Assembly: GCA_028534125.1 (NCBI GenBank)
Contig: CM052832.1
Location: 22,756,001 to 22,820,000, forward strand
Length of the DNA stretch: 64,000 nucleotides
Origin: Lama glama
Taxonomy: Eukaryota
Direction: 5' to 3'
Position numbers and translations under genes: made by a program
Notes under the pieces: model-generated
Databases searched by the model: none
What the model was told of the DNA's origin: nothing
The model's input: only the letters and a program-made list of their open reading frames with translations
In this document: piece after piece, positions 24,356 to 36,315 of the stretch
Layout: each line of letters starts with the position of its first letter
Position numbering within the stretch: position 1 is the stretch's first letter

Positions 24356-25060
24356 CTCATATCTTCTTTATTGATTCATATTGATGGACATTTAAGTAGC
24401 TTCCATGTCTTGGCTATTGTAAATAGTTTTGCTGTGAACATTGGAGTGGATGTATCTTTTTGAACTAGAATTTCCTCTGGATATATGCCCAGGCGTGGGA
24501 TTGATGGATCATATGGTAACTCTATTTTTAGTTTTTTAAGTGCTCTCAGTACTGTTTTACACAGTGATTGCACCAATTTACATTCCTACCAAGTATAGGA
24601 GGGTTCCCTTTTCTCCACACTCTCTCCAGCAGTTGTCATTTGTGGATTTTTTGATGATGACCATTCTGATTGGTGTGAGATGGTACTTCATTGTACTTTT
24701 GATTTACATTTCTCTGATAATTAGTGATACTGAACATTTTTTCGTGTGCCTATTGGCCATTTGTATATCTTCACTGGAGAATTGCTTGTTTAGATCTTCT
24801 GCCCATTTTTGGATTGGGTTGTTTGCTTTTTTTGTTGTTATTAAGTTGTATGAGTTACATATTCTGGAAATTAAGCCCTTGTCAGTCGCATCATTTGCAA
24901 ATATATTCTCCCATTCTGTAGCTTGTCTTTTTGTTTTGCTTATGGTTTCTTATGCTGTGCAAAAGCTTATAAGTTTAATTAGGTCCCATTTGTTTATTTT
25001 TGCTTTTATTTCCATTGCCTGCGTAGACTGCCCTAGGAGAACATTGCTAAGATTTATGTC
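23806..25060 (-). mobile_element. 5'-truncated LINE-1 with TSD; tail partly converted to microsatellite
   Basis: Minus-strand ORFs give [33 protein letters not shown] and [20 protein letters not shown] (L1 ORF2); poly-T at about 23848-23857; tgtctagccatat duplicated at 23793-23805 and 25057-25069. Confidence 0.95.
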
Positions 25061-25494
25061 TAGCCATATTTTGGGGGTCTTCATTCTGACAGTTGGCCAG
25101 TGGCACACAAGAGAATCAACACTTGTGCACCCTGACAGGTGAAAATGCCAGCCAAGAACACAAAACAAGGAGCAACCAGGAAGGAAATAACCGTTCTTGG
25201 AAGGCTGAGGCTCAGTAATCAAGGGTACCCCCAAAACAAATTTTAAAGAGTCACAATCCAAAGAGCTGATTATCAGACAAATATTTTTCTTCCGCTAAGC
25301 TGAATTTTGAAAGGAAAAGACTCTCACCATCTTTGCTGGACTGATCCCCACAGGCAGAGATCAGAGAGTCTGATGTGGTAAGAATTCTTATCTTCTGCCA
25401 GCTGTTGTCAGAGGTCCAAGACCTCTTAACTGCAGCTTCCAGGCTGAGCAAGGTGTCCCCTGCTTGTGGTGTCCTGCGTGCAGGTGCCAGAAAC

Positions 25495-25972
25495 TGTAGG
25501 GGAGGAAAAAGTTTGCCTTGACCCTCCTAGGGTCCCTGGCTGGGTCGGAAAACTAAACTGACAAAGAGATTAACAGGAGAAAAGCATTTAAATTTCTTTC
25601 TTATAAGTTTTATGTGACGTGGGAGCCTTCATAAAGAAATGAAGACTCAAAGAAATAGACCCGTGTATTGTTACACTAGGTTTGACAGAGAGTTGGACAG
25701 TGATGGAGGAAGATGATGGACAAAGGGTACGAGGCCAGGTAGTAAACTGGGGGAACTTAGGAAGGGCTGTGTGTTTGGATTCTTCTTGGCATCCCTCTGC
25801 CTTTGCAGGTAAGGGTACAGGGAAGGCTCCTCTCACTTAAGGGCTTTATAACCTGTTTCCAGGGAGAAGTGGGGAGGTGGGGAAGGTCAGAAGTTTTCTC
25901 AGAACTCCTTTAGCTTAAAATACTCAACATGACGACACCGTATGTTGGGATAGTGTGTCCTGAACCCCATCA
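25495..25972 (-). mobile_element. 5' LTR of MER34-like ERV1 provirus
   Basis: Minus strand reads TGATGGGGTTCAGGACACACTATCCCAACATACGG...TTTTCCTCCCCTACA, like MER34-family LTR termini; followed by a PBS-like sequence; 4-bp TSD gttg (20787-20790) / gctg (25973-25976). Confidence 0.85.
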
Positions 25973-26337
25973 GCTGCCTGAACAAAGTACCGCGGGCCGG
26001 GTGCTTCCAACAGCAGAAATGTACTGGAGGCCAGCAGGGCTGGTTTCTTCTGAAGCCTCTCTCCTTGGCCTGTCGACGGCTGGTGCTGCCTCCTAGCTGT
26101 GTCCTGGTACCATCTCTTCTCCGTCTGCGCGCGCCTCCCTGGTGTCCCTCTGTGTGTCCTGTCTCCTCTTCTCGTAAGTGCGCCAGTCATACTGGATTAG
26201 GGCCCAGACTAATGATCTCCTTTGACCTCATCACCTCTGTAAAGACCCTGTTTCCAAATATTGTCCCATTCTGAGTCCCTGAGGGGTTTGGGTCTTCAGC
26301 ATGTGAATGGCGGAGTGTGCACAATTCAGCCTGTAAC
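25973..26337 (-). mobile_element. MLT1A-type MaLR LTR, right piece
   Basis: gctgcctgaacaaagtaccgc...aacagcagaaat...gcctctctccttggcctgtcgacggc...gtcatactggattagggccca...aaagaccctgtttccaaata...cacaattcagcctgtaac. Confidence 0.9.
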
Positions 26338-26869
26338 GTAAGCTTAGCCACCTGTTGTCAGGGATCTTCCTCAGAGATCATTTCTACTCCTTCCACTTGG
26401 CTTTGAGTCCATTCTTCCCCCTAATCATGCCTTCTGTGGAGGTGGAGGATAAATGCTGTTTTCCAAATAACAACCTTTTGTCGGTCTGTGTGAGGTGATT
26501 CAGTCTCCCCCTTCAGCCAACTGTTTTATGCTGTTCAGCTTTTAAAAAATGCTTCCTGCCCATGCAGAGAACTATTTCAGGGTTCTCCACCACTGCCCTC
26601 CTGTCGAGTGTACCCTCGCTCAGGCCAGCTTTCCTGTTGGTTAAAGCCGCATCACGGCTTCTGTGCCCACCGCGTGGCGCAGCGTGACTCTGACGTCTGT
26701 AATGCTTTCCCTACGTCTTGTTTACTCTGTGCTCTTTGACCTGAAAGAGTCTTACTGAAATCTGATGCTGTGCTGTTCTTAAGCTCCTTCTGCAGCCTAC
26801 CAGGGTGCTTCTGAATTCTGTCTCATAGTTGAATTAGGTGACATCCTTTCACCTATAAAATATAAAATA

Positions 26870-27040
26870 TAAACCATCCAGTGAAGTTGGTTCTGTCGCC
26901 CCAGGTTCATGCAAGAGGAAATTGAAGCCCAAGAGGGTTAAATGAATTGCTAAAGTCACACATCTAAAGGTGACAAAGTTTAGGTGTTTAATGTGCTATG
27001 TGCAGATGTGATGTGACTTCAGAACATAGGACCTTTCCAC
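26870..27040 (-). mobile_element. MIR SINE
   Basis: gaggaaattgaagcccaagagggttaaatgaattgctaaagtcacacatcta is the antisense MIR core. Confidence 0.8.
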
Positions 27041-27099
27041 TCTGTCTGCTGGGAGCAGTATCCTCTACGTCCCTACTTCATAGGTCACCGTTCGCCCAG

Positions 27100-27370
27100 T
27101 CTCTCAGAATTCATAACCCAAAGTCATCTCTCTTCTCTCTTGCTCACCGTAGCTAATCAGTCATCAAGTCCTATTAACTTTTCTTTAATGCTTTTATTTT
27201 GCTTCCAGTTCTTTTTAGTCCCAACATCAATTCAGGCCTTGTCCATTTTACCTGTTGCTCATTGTAACAGCCTCCTAAATTGTCTGTTTTTGGCCCCTCT
27301 CTTCCCTGATCGGCTTGTAGTTCTAAAGCAACTTTTCATCTTGTGGCTCCCCCTGTTTCATCACTTGCCT
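27100..27370 (+). mobile_element. L2 fragment, continues after the MLT1A
   Basis: aatcagtcatcaagtcctatt...ttcaggccttgtccatt...attgtaacagcctcctaaattgtct. Confidence 0.7.
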
Positions 27371-27374
27371 TCTC

Positions 27375-27746
27375 ATTGCCTCCCCTCCCCCAAATTCATA
27401 TGTTGAAGCCCTAACCCCCAGTAAGACTGTATTTGGAGAGGGGACCTTTAAGATGGTAATTAACGGCTAAATGATGTCATAAGCATGGGGTCCTAATCTA
27501 ACAGGGCTGGTGCCCTTGCAAGAAGACAGAGAGACAGGAGGGATGCACGCGTGCGGAGGAAACGCCATGCGAGGGCACAGGGAGAGAAGACAGCTGTCTG
27601 CAGGCCCAGGAGAGAGTCCTCAGGAGAAACCAGACCGACTAACATCTTGATTATGCACTTTTAGCCTCTAGACCGTGAGAAATGTCTGTCGCTGAAGTCA
27701 CCCAGTCCGCGGTGTTTTGTCATGGCAGGCCCTGCTGACTAATAGA
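27375..27746 (+). mobile_element. MLT1A-type MaLR LTR
   Basis: cccccaaattcatatgttgaagccctaacccccagt...gtatttggagag...ctcaggagaaaccag...cttttagcctctagaccgtgagaaa...tttgtcatggcag...gactaata. Confidence 0.92.
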
Positions 27747-27749
27747 GGG

Positions 27750-28080
27750 AGCAAGTGTAAACTCCTCAGCTGGACGATCTAACCCATCAACAATTTGATT
27801 CTTACTTTCTTTCATAAAAGTGCTCCCTATTCCAAAGAAACCCCTCAGCATCCAGCTCCTTCTTGTCCAGGCTTTTGTTCCTTTCTGGGAGGGCCTTCTC
27901 TTGTGTTTCCACTTACGAAAGTCCTACCCGGCCTGTAGGAATGAGCTCTGGTCTCACTCATGTCTCCATTTCTAGACTGTAAACTCCGTTCAGGGGCTGT
28001 GCCTCTAGGTTAGTCCCACCGGAAGGACCTAATGCAGTGTCTGACTCTGATGTCTAACGAGTGTGTGTTGACTGAGTCAT
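27750..28080 (+). mobile_element. L2 3' portion
   Basis: gtgtaaactcctcagc...ctagactgtaaactccgttcagggg...acctaatgcagtgtctga...tgttgactgagt. Confidence 0.65.
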
Positions 28081-29199
28081 TGCTGTATCTGGATCACCAT
28101 GATTTCTCTGATAACCTGCTCTTTTATTGCAATTCTCTGGCTGTTTTGCAGAACCAGCACTTTTAAAGTATCGTAACCTGGGTGATGACAGCAGCAAACA
28201 TGGCGTTCTTAGAAGTACAGGCTGTCATCTAAAGAAAATGTGCTGTGGCCCCTGATACTTAAAGCGACTGTGGAATTGTGAAACCAATTTCTTCCCATTG
28301 ATTAGCCCGTCCATCATAATTTTCCATTTTCCAGCTAAATCTAGAGTATCCGCCCATAGCAACAAACAACAAGAGTACACCCCCCCACACACACCCTGCT
28401 ACACCCGCCTTTGCAACATGGCGGGAGACCATGAGCCACAATCTCCTTGAAACTCAAATCCAGAGGGGCCCATGGTCCCCACACCTCATTTTTAGCTCTG
28501 CTAACAGTTAAGCATTTATTTTCTGGGGGAAAAATGTTTTGGGAAAAGGGAGAAGGAGCCATTTTCTACTTTTTCAACTGTGGGGTTAAGATGGTAGGAA
28601 ACTTTTCACTTATCTCTCCAGGTTCTTTGATTCTCTGCTGTTAAAGTTTGGAACTAAAGCCTCAGCGCCATCTTCCCTTTCCAGCTGAAACCTGAAGGCT
28701 TAAGGACTAGACTGAAGGATGCTGGTTAAGGAAGTTGTTCAGAAGCTTGTTAAGTCTTTCTTCAAAGGCAGTGAATAAAAGGCACTTTCCACTCCTCATC
28801 TCTCACAGAGAAACCCAGCCGTTAACATCGGGAAGCCTCCTGTTTGCATTTTTGAACAGCTGACATTTGCACCTTTTGGAGGAAAGTGAAGGGCATCTCA
28901 CTGCTTCCTTGTTTAAACCAGCCTGGAAGGAACGGGGATGCGGGGGAAGCGGGCTCATTTCCTTTGTCTCCTGTTCAGCAGATAATGGTGGTCTGCGTGG
29001 GGTGTGGAAGGCCAGGCAGCAGTGGTGACCTGGAGATGACTTCATTCTTCAGAGTTTATCAAAGGCCCCGTCAGTCAAACTCATGCTGGGAGGCTGGGGA
29101 ACAGCCATCTGGCTCGCTGCCCATCAGACAGGAGAAAGGAGAGTGAGGAGGTGAAAATCTTGCTGTCAGTTCTGAGCCAGGTGGAAGGGCGATGCTGTA

Positions 29200-29720
29200 C
29201 GTTTTGAGGTGGGTTTAGCAACTCTTCATGCGCATGCGCGTGAGAGAAACGCTAGGGTGCCTGTGTGTGTGAGAGAGAGAGAGAGAGGGAGAGAGGGAGA
29301 CAAAGACAAAGACAGAAACAGGAGGTAAGAGGGACAGAGAAAGGGAAGAGGAGGAGAGACGGCAAGTGGGATGGAGACTCTTATTTAAGCCAGCGTGATC
29401 ATCTTGAATCGATTTTAAGTGGAAAGACTGAAGGTCACTCATGCTGCTAACCACGCAGAGAAACCTCTGAATTATTTCCCTGGCTGTGGGGAAGAAAGGG
29501 AGTAAGTGGCTCACAGCGGGGATCTGATTTAATTTAAAGCGCGACGATTCTGCTCTGAAGCCAGAATCCTTTCATCCCAGCCCTGCTGGTTACAAGCGCG
29601 GACAAGGTATTACAAGAAGCACCACCAGGAAACCGCCCCTCGCCCCTCGCCCCTCGCCCCACGTCAGCTACTGGCGAACAGGGCAGCCACGCTTCTGGTG
29701 TCAGGAAACTCACGTCCTCC
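29200..29720. promoter_or_regulatory. Candidate regulatory module (NRF1, tandem GC boxes, CRE-like site)
   Basis: TGCGCATGCGCG 29229-29240; (CGCCCCT)x3 plus CGCCCC 29634-29660; CCACGTCA 29659-29666; locally elevated CpG. Confidence 0.35.
29262..29360. repeat. (GT)n(GA)n / purine-rich simple repeat
   Basis: Directly visible. Confidence 0.85.
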
Positions 29721-29912
29721 TGGCCCCAGGTTTGGGTGTGTGAGTGAGTGTGAGAATTCCTACCACTGCCTGCAATTTACACACTCATGGGAAACACAAC
29801 ATTTTTACCCACGGACATTGCAGGTACTGAGGGATACTTCGCCACTTCCAAGACCTGTAAGGATAGAGGTCTGACGCCTGTCTTTCTTTCTTCCATCTTC
29901 CTTCCAGCCTTC

Positions 29913-30360
29913 CTGTTGTGGTAAACTGTGCATAATATAAAATGTTTACCATTTTAAGCATTTCTGAGTGTACGGTTTAATGGCTGGCATTAAGTCCATT
30001 CAACTTGTGCAACCATCACCATCATCCATCTGCAGGCCTCTTTTTGTCTTCCCAAACTGGAATTCTATCTCATTAAACAATAATTCCCCACTCCCCCTTC
30101 TCTCTAGACCCTGGCAACCACCATTCTACTTTCTGTCTCGGTGAATCTGACTATTCTAAGTACCTCATATGGGTAGAACCATACGGTATTTGTCCTTTTG
30201 TGACTGGCTTATGTCACTCAGCATGTTTTCAGGGTTCATCCTTGTTGGGGGATGTGTCAGAATTTCCTCCCTTTTAAAGGCTGAGCAATATTCCATTATA
30301 TGGATGTACCACATTTTGTTTATCCACTCATCCATCCATGGACAGTTGGGTTATTTCCAC
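29913..30360 (-). mobile_element. L1MB-type 3' end
   Basis: tgtggtaaa...tttaccattttaa...tgtgcaaccatcacc...ccctggcaaccaccattctactttctgtctc...gtccttttgtgactggctt...ggacagttgggttatttccac. Confidence 0.92.
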
Positions 30361-30649
30361 AAAGGCTTTCTTTTACATTGCTGTTCTTACATCTGTCCTC
30401 TCCTTCAAGTCCCTAGCATCACATGAAGCCAATGCCATGTAAATACCGAGTTCGGGGAACAGACATTATTTAGTTGCTGTCAACACAAGGATCACCTCAA
30501 TTTGGAGTCCACTGGCCTGCCACAAAATGAGGCTGTGATTGTGGTTGGTTTTCTGGCTATTTAAAGTAGAGAGAGGCTCTGATCCAAACAGAGCATGAAG
30601 GAAAACTAAGAGATAGGGTGAAGAGGGACTATTCCTGCTCTAGCAAAGA

Positions 30650-31310
30650 AAAACCACTTTTATTATAGGAACTTCTGAAATATATGGAAGTGGAAGAAGG
30701 AGTAGTTTGACGAACTTTGCATTAATCACTATCATCAGTCATTGACACACAATCAGTACTTTTTCATCTGTACCTCCCACCCTTCCTCCCTCATCTGGGG
30801 TGGCTTTTCAGTTTTCCCCTAACTCTTTTTATTTAAAAAACTTCAGACCTACAGAGAAATTTCCAAGAAAAGTGTGAAGAGCAGCTGTCTATCGTTACCT
30901 TCACATTTGTCTTGGAAATCACCAGTTGTTAACACTTTACCACCTTTTCTTTATGTCTGTTTATCTATCCATCCATCCATCCATCTTTCACCTGTCTTTA
31001 CTTTTTTTCTGGAGTCATTTGAAATTAGTTGCACACATGATGACCCTTTGTCTGTCACTACTTCAGCATCTATCTGAAAACAAGGGCATTTTTCCGTCAT
31101 AACCAAATACAATGGTCACACTCAGGGATTTAGAATTTGTACAACATGATTAGCTAATAAATAATCCACATTAAGTTTTCCCCAATCATCTCAATATATG
31201 CCATTATATCTTTTAAAAAAAAAACAACTCTAGTAAGGAATTAAGCATGACATTTTCTTATCATTTCTCTTTAGTCTTTCTTAAACTCCCAGCCCTTTTT
31301 CATGTCACCC
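30650..31310 (-). mobile_element. Ancient L1 (L1MC/ME-type) 3' fragments
   Basis: ttttatttaaaaaacttcagacctacagagaaatt...tcaccagttgttaacacttt...catttgaaattagttgcacacatgatg...aacaagggcattttt...cataacca. Confidence 0.7.
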
Positions 31311-34146
31311 AGCTGTATTGGGGTGAAGGTCTGGCAAATACGTAGTTTAATCTTTGAGATGGTGAGAAAGAGGATGGTGATTGCTTCTGAGTCTGGTGTC
31401 ATCATGGACTCATGAAGGTTTACACTGTTGTTAACAGAGATAAGTGGGGAGTCAGTAATATCTAGAACCTTCTAACTGTTCAACATCCAAATATCTCCTG
31501 AGATACTTGCAAAGAGCAGAAATGATTAGACCTTAATGTGTGACTAATTTATTGGGCTTAGAGAAGCTTTTCACTTCTGCCTTTTGAACTGTTCCTGAAA
31601 GAAGGGCAGGGTTGCCTTTCCTCCCTGCGGGGACTTAGCGTTGGCTCATTCTAATGTGAATCTGAATGTATTTTCGAATATTCACTAGTTAAGTCATAAA
31701 ACCCCCAGGAGTCAGGACATCTCTCATTTATATGTGAAGGAACTGAACGTGGGGGCCTCTAGGGTATAAGACACCCAGACAAAGAAGCCTGTCTGTGATT
31801 TGTGGATGCTTCCTAGGACCACACCATCTACCGGAGGCCACTTAACAAGTACTGTCGTTCTGTTGTTGTGCACCCAAACTCGAACCACTGAGAACGCAAG
31901 GTGGTTCCTAGTTATTTGTTTTGGATGGTTAAGGCTAGTAAGGTATCTGGATGCAGCAGAATTATGCTAATATGTAACTATGTATTGGTTTTGTATATAA
32001 TATTATTTATAATTTTAAGAGTCAGAACTATTATTCTACTTAAATGCTTACTCATGTCTTTATAAAGGCCAAATAGACATTTTATTAAAAACTATCTAAA
32101 AAGAGGGTTAAAAACTTTAAGTTTGGGTTTTTGGAGGGACAGATACATATAGCAGCCAGAACACAGGCCTGCCTCTTGTACGGAGATGGACAAGGTTATT
32201 CTGATCTTTGTCCCCATGGTTTAAGTAATGATAGAAGAGTATTGGCCTAGAATGCCTTTAAGATGGAGTCTGACATTTTAAAGTTTATCTATCGTGTTTG
32301 TGTTGGGTACCAAAAGAAAAATGTTTTGTTCGGATTGTTTTTACTTGGCTGATGAGAGAGGTCTTGCTGAGGTATGTCAACTGGAACATTTAATAAAAAA
32401 GCGAAGACTCCTTTTAGTTTTAAATTCACCCACCATTTACCTGAAGTATTACCTTAAAGGACCCCTGCCTGTGGGATCCATTTCAGACAAGAGCCTGTGG
32501 ACTCTTGCCACCATATGGCTTTAAAAAGCAGAAAAAAACTGTAAGTCTTTGGGACACTGAGGGCGTGAAGTAACAGAACAACAGTGATGCCAGGGAAACC
32601 CATGTGGCTGGGAGACGGTGAGGAGGACTCATCTTCCCTGCGCTGTCAGGATGTCCTTGCTTAAAGAAGGGCAGATTCAGAGGAACAGGGATGGAGAAGT
32701 AACAGCACGAGATCAGAAGAGAACATGACCTGAGTTCTTTACCAAAGCCGTGTACCTGCATGTCTTTGCTTTTGTTTTTTGTTTTTAAAATTTATGTAAA
32801 CAAGGCTTGCTTAAGCCGTGGATTACCTCGGGGGGCTTTGTTTCACCTGTGCTTTGGACTTTCATTGTCAGTTCTTCTGTCTCCATGCCTGTTCTTGGAA
32901 AGCTCATGTTAAAGAGGGATTACCTTAATTCTACTTGGTGTGATTGGGAAAATCAAAATCGTTTCCACACAGCTTTCTTTAACTAACTATAACACTAACT
33001 TCAAGACTCATGACACAAATGCCTTCATGCTTATGTCGGTTTGGGTTAACAGATTTCCTAGTAGAAAGGAGGTTGGGATGAGCTGGGTATTTGGCAAATA
33101 TAGGGAACATGGAGATGGTCACTTGCCCCAGAGAGCTGGGAGTTTACTCTCTCTCTTTACCTTTATCTGTTTGGGATCATTCTGTCTCCTGGTGATGCTC
33201 CAGCTGAGAGAATCTCAGAGGATATGCCTAGCCCTTCATCCCATGTAAGTCTCTGTGATATCCTCTCTAGCAGCAGAAAACTCAAAGAGGGAAGTTTGTT
33301 TCTTTATTACTTACTTCTCTTCTGCAGTACAAATGTATCAGTCCCGGGTCCCATTCTTTCTCATCTACATATTACACTGGAAAATAATGGCAGTAAATAC
33401 TTACTGAATGAATGGTTTCCAGTAAGGTATCGATGGATTGGCAGCTTATAGCTCGAGAATTTTAAAAATTTAATAGGGCAATAGGAGATACAATGTTTTA
33501 CTCTAAAGACGTAAGTGTGGTTTAGCAATGGAAATGGGAACAAATTGGTGTAAGGCAGTCCCCCAGACACAGAGGAACCCAAAAGAGCACGAAGTTGCAG
33601 CCATGGAGGCCCCATTTCCTGCTTTTCTAGCACCAGGTTGGATCTGTGTCCAAGGCCAAGTTCATCATACAGGGTTGTGAAGGTTGAAGCCGTCAAAGTG
33701 GGATGTGATGTAGGTCGTTACCACGCTCCTCCCCAGCGTTAGCAACCCTCCTCCTTTATTCCTGAGTGCCTGTCCTTACGCTGAATGCCGTGGTTCTGTC
33801 TCCTAATGGTGAGGATGAGCAGGGTAATCAGCGTGGCTGACCCATTCTGACCCTGGGCACCATGTCCCAAGGGGGAGGGAGGGCTCAACACTCTATTAAA
33901 ACTGGTGTTTAGTTGTTACTCAGACAGCATGGGGCCAGGCCAGAGCTGAGCACAGGATTCCAAGGGCAGGCGAGTAGGAGTGTGATCTCAAAAAGGGCAA
34001 AATCACTGTGGAACCCAGAGAGAAGACAGAAACCCAATTCTGGAGAGGCCTAGCTACCAGATTTAGGATGGGACCAGCAAAGTAGATTCGACACTGGTTG
34101 GCAACTGCCCTCCTCCAATCGCCTTAGGATTGGTCCGAGAATTTGA

Positions 34147-34186
34147 ATGTGTGTGTGTGTGTGTGTGTGTGTGAGTGTGTGTGTGT
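34147..34186. repeat. (TG)n microsatellite
   Basis: Directly visible. Confidence 0.95.
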
Positions 34187-35144
34187 TTTCAGTTAAGTAA
34201 CCTCAGGTTCTATGTTAGAAGCAAAGGAAGATGGAAATGATAGAGATACAGGCAAGTTTTACAGAATCCAGAGGCATAGATTTGGGGATTAGGATTCTGT
34301 GCCGAATATCCAGTTTCTGAGACAAGGTCTGGCTCTGTGGTCTCCCTGAAGTCATACCTGCTTGTAAGACATGGGTTCTGGGCTGTGGGCTCTCTCTCAT
34401 AAGCCAGGTCTCTGATCTCAAGCCCCTGAGCCCCTTTCGGATGGACTGGAGGTCCAAGTGACTTTTTGAAGCCTGAAAGAAATGGCCGCATCAGATAAAT
34501 CTGCCTTCTATAATTCAGGGAGGGGGTTTGTCAGACTGAGCTTTTCTGTGAGTTGGTCCCGCCTGCCTTGTGAGAGGGGGTCCTGTGAGGCAGAAGGGAT
34601 CTGGGGAATCAGCAGTTGCCTTGGTTTCCAAGAAATGTCTCCACCCTTCAGTTGGTTCTGAAAATAACAGTCTGTTTCACTTGAAAAGGGAATGCATGCC
34701 GAGTTCTCTTCTCGGCTTATAAATTATGCTGTGTTAACACTGGCAACAGTTTCATTTTCACTGTGTAAACATGAGGCGGCACAGAGTGGAGAGGGGGTGG
34801 GCAGGGCCGGCTGCCAGGCCCAGCGGGGACGCGAGAGCAGCTCTTTGAGTGTTGGACGGCGTTCACGCTCACGTTGAGGGTGGGTTCCCCAACACCTGTC
34901 TCCCGCACTCAGACCTTTTTAAAAAAATTATGAACACTTTTGCCACCTAGGTGGGTTCAGTGTGAGATGAAGTATGTGGTTAAGTAAATGCTGTGATCCA
35001 AATAGCCCCGAGAAAGGGGTCTCTTCGCAAACACGTCCAGAGGCTGGCCACTGGGTCCATGATTCTTTGTAGATTCATCTGTAGGGGTTATGATGTAACA
35101 TTTGAAGAGCTCTCTCACCCACCGTCAATACACTAGAGATGGAA

Positions 35145-35230
35145 TCATGTATTCATTTCACTAGCCCTTCTACTGAGCCAGCCAGTATTTACAGGTCTTC
35201 TGTTGTAGGCGAGGCACCTTGGTCCCAAAC
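35145..35230 (-). mobile_element. L2 3' tip
   Basis: attcatttcact...cagtatttacaggtcttctgttgtaggcgaggcacc is an antisense L2 terminus. Confidence 0.5.
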
Positions 35231-35767
35231 GAAAATTTCTGTTGCCTTTATTGGCCACAAAGACCTCAGCATGAACTGATTCATCAGTGACTCCAGTCAG
35301 CCAGCTTGACAAGCGCATCACAGGGTGACTGAGTGCAGGGTGAGGACTGAGATACAGGAATAGCAAGACTTGTATCGAAAGAGCACCGACCCAGCGGGGC
35401 GCTGACCAGGCTCCTTGGCAGCCCGGGGACAAGGTGAAGACAGTGATGGATTGAAGGGCGGGGGTGGGGTGTCATGGGGGGAACAGGAAATAGAAGATGT
35501 GAAAGTGGAAAACAACACCAAGACCCTTCCTGGCTACACAGGTTACCTTCAGAGGGCATTTGTACAGCCGTATGCTGTGGAGCGAGACGGCCCCTTTGAA
35601 ACAAGAAGACTTCTGAATGTGAGAACTCACTGTATTAAAATCCAGAAATGTTAAAATCTTATTTAGAATTAGAGAAAAAATTGGTTAAAATGTCCATCTG
35701 AAATGTGAAGCTTTTTTTAGACGTTTCACTTGGGCAGTGTTTTTCAATCCTTTTAAAGGTGGAACCA

Positions 35768-36315
35768 TGTCAGTTAACAACGATTCCTGCTATAGGTGAC
35801 GGGAGAGCCAACTCAACAGACAGGCTTCAACGATAGGGAAATTGTTACCTCTGTCAGAAGGCGTCCCAATGTCAGAGTGAGCTTTCGGGCTGGTTCAGTC
35901 CGTTGTTCAGTAATTTCGTGAAGGAGCCAGGTCTTCCCTTCTGTCTGCCCTAGCAGTGCCAGGGCCACGGAAGCCCAAAGATGGTCCCCCAGCAGTCATG
36001 ACGTAACCGCTGTGCACCCAGGCTGCAGTTTTCCCTTGTTCACAGCTGGCGGGAGAAATCATTTCTCTCCCAACATGGAGTTAATTCCCTTCCCCGTGGG
36101 CTCCGTGAGCCCACCAGGTGCACATCGCTGCAAGAGGACGGCAGCCGCCGACTGGCTTCTGCCTCAGCCCCCGAACCAGTTAGTAAAAGGGACTTTGAGG
36201 TGATGTGATTGGCTGTAGGGCTAATCAGGAAGTAGAATCCATGCCTCCCCTTGCAGAATGAGAGGCCCGCAGCGGATGGGATGAACGGTGTAGAAAGCCT
36301 GCCACCAGGATGTCC
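35768..36315. mobile_element. Ancient MaLR LTR (MLT1J/K/L-type)
   Basis: tgtcagtt...ggtgacgggagagccaactc...ggcttcaac...tttcgggctggttcagt...aaggagccaggtcttcc...aagatggtcccccagcagt...gtgattggct. Confidence 0.65.

Larger units (their letters stand above)
21291..25494 (-). mobile_element. Degenerate non-coding internal region of the MER34-like provirus, interrupted by an L1
   Basis: Lies between two related LTRs; AT-rich; no gag/pol/env-like ORF in the track; PBS-like TGGCACCTGCACGCAGGAC on the minus strand at about 25471-25489 next to the 5' LTR. Confidence 0.75.
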
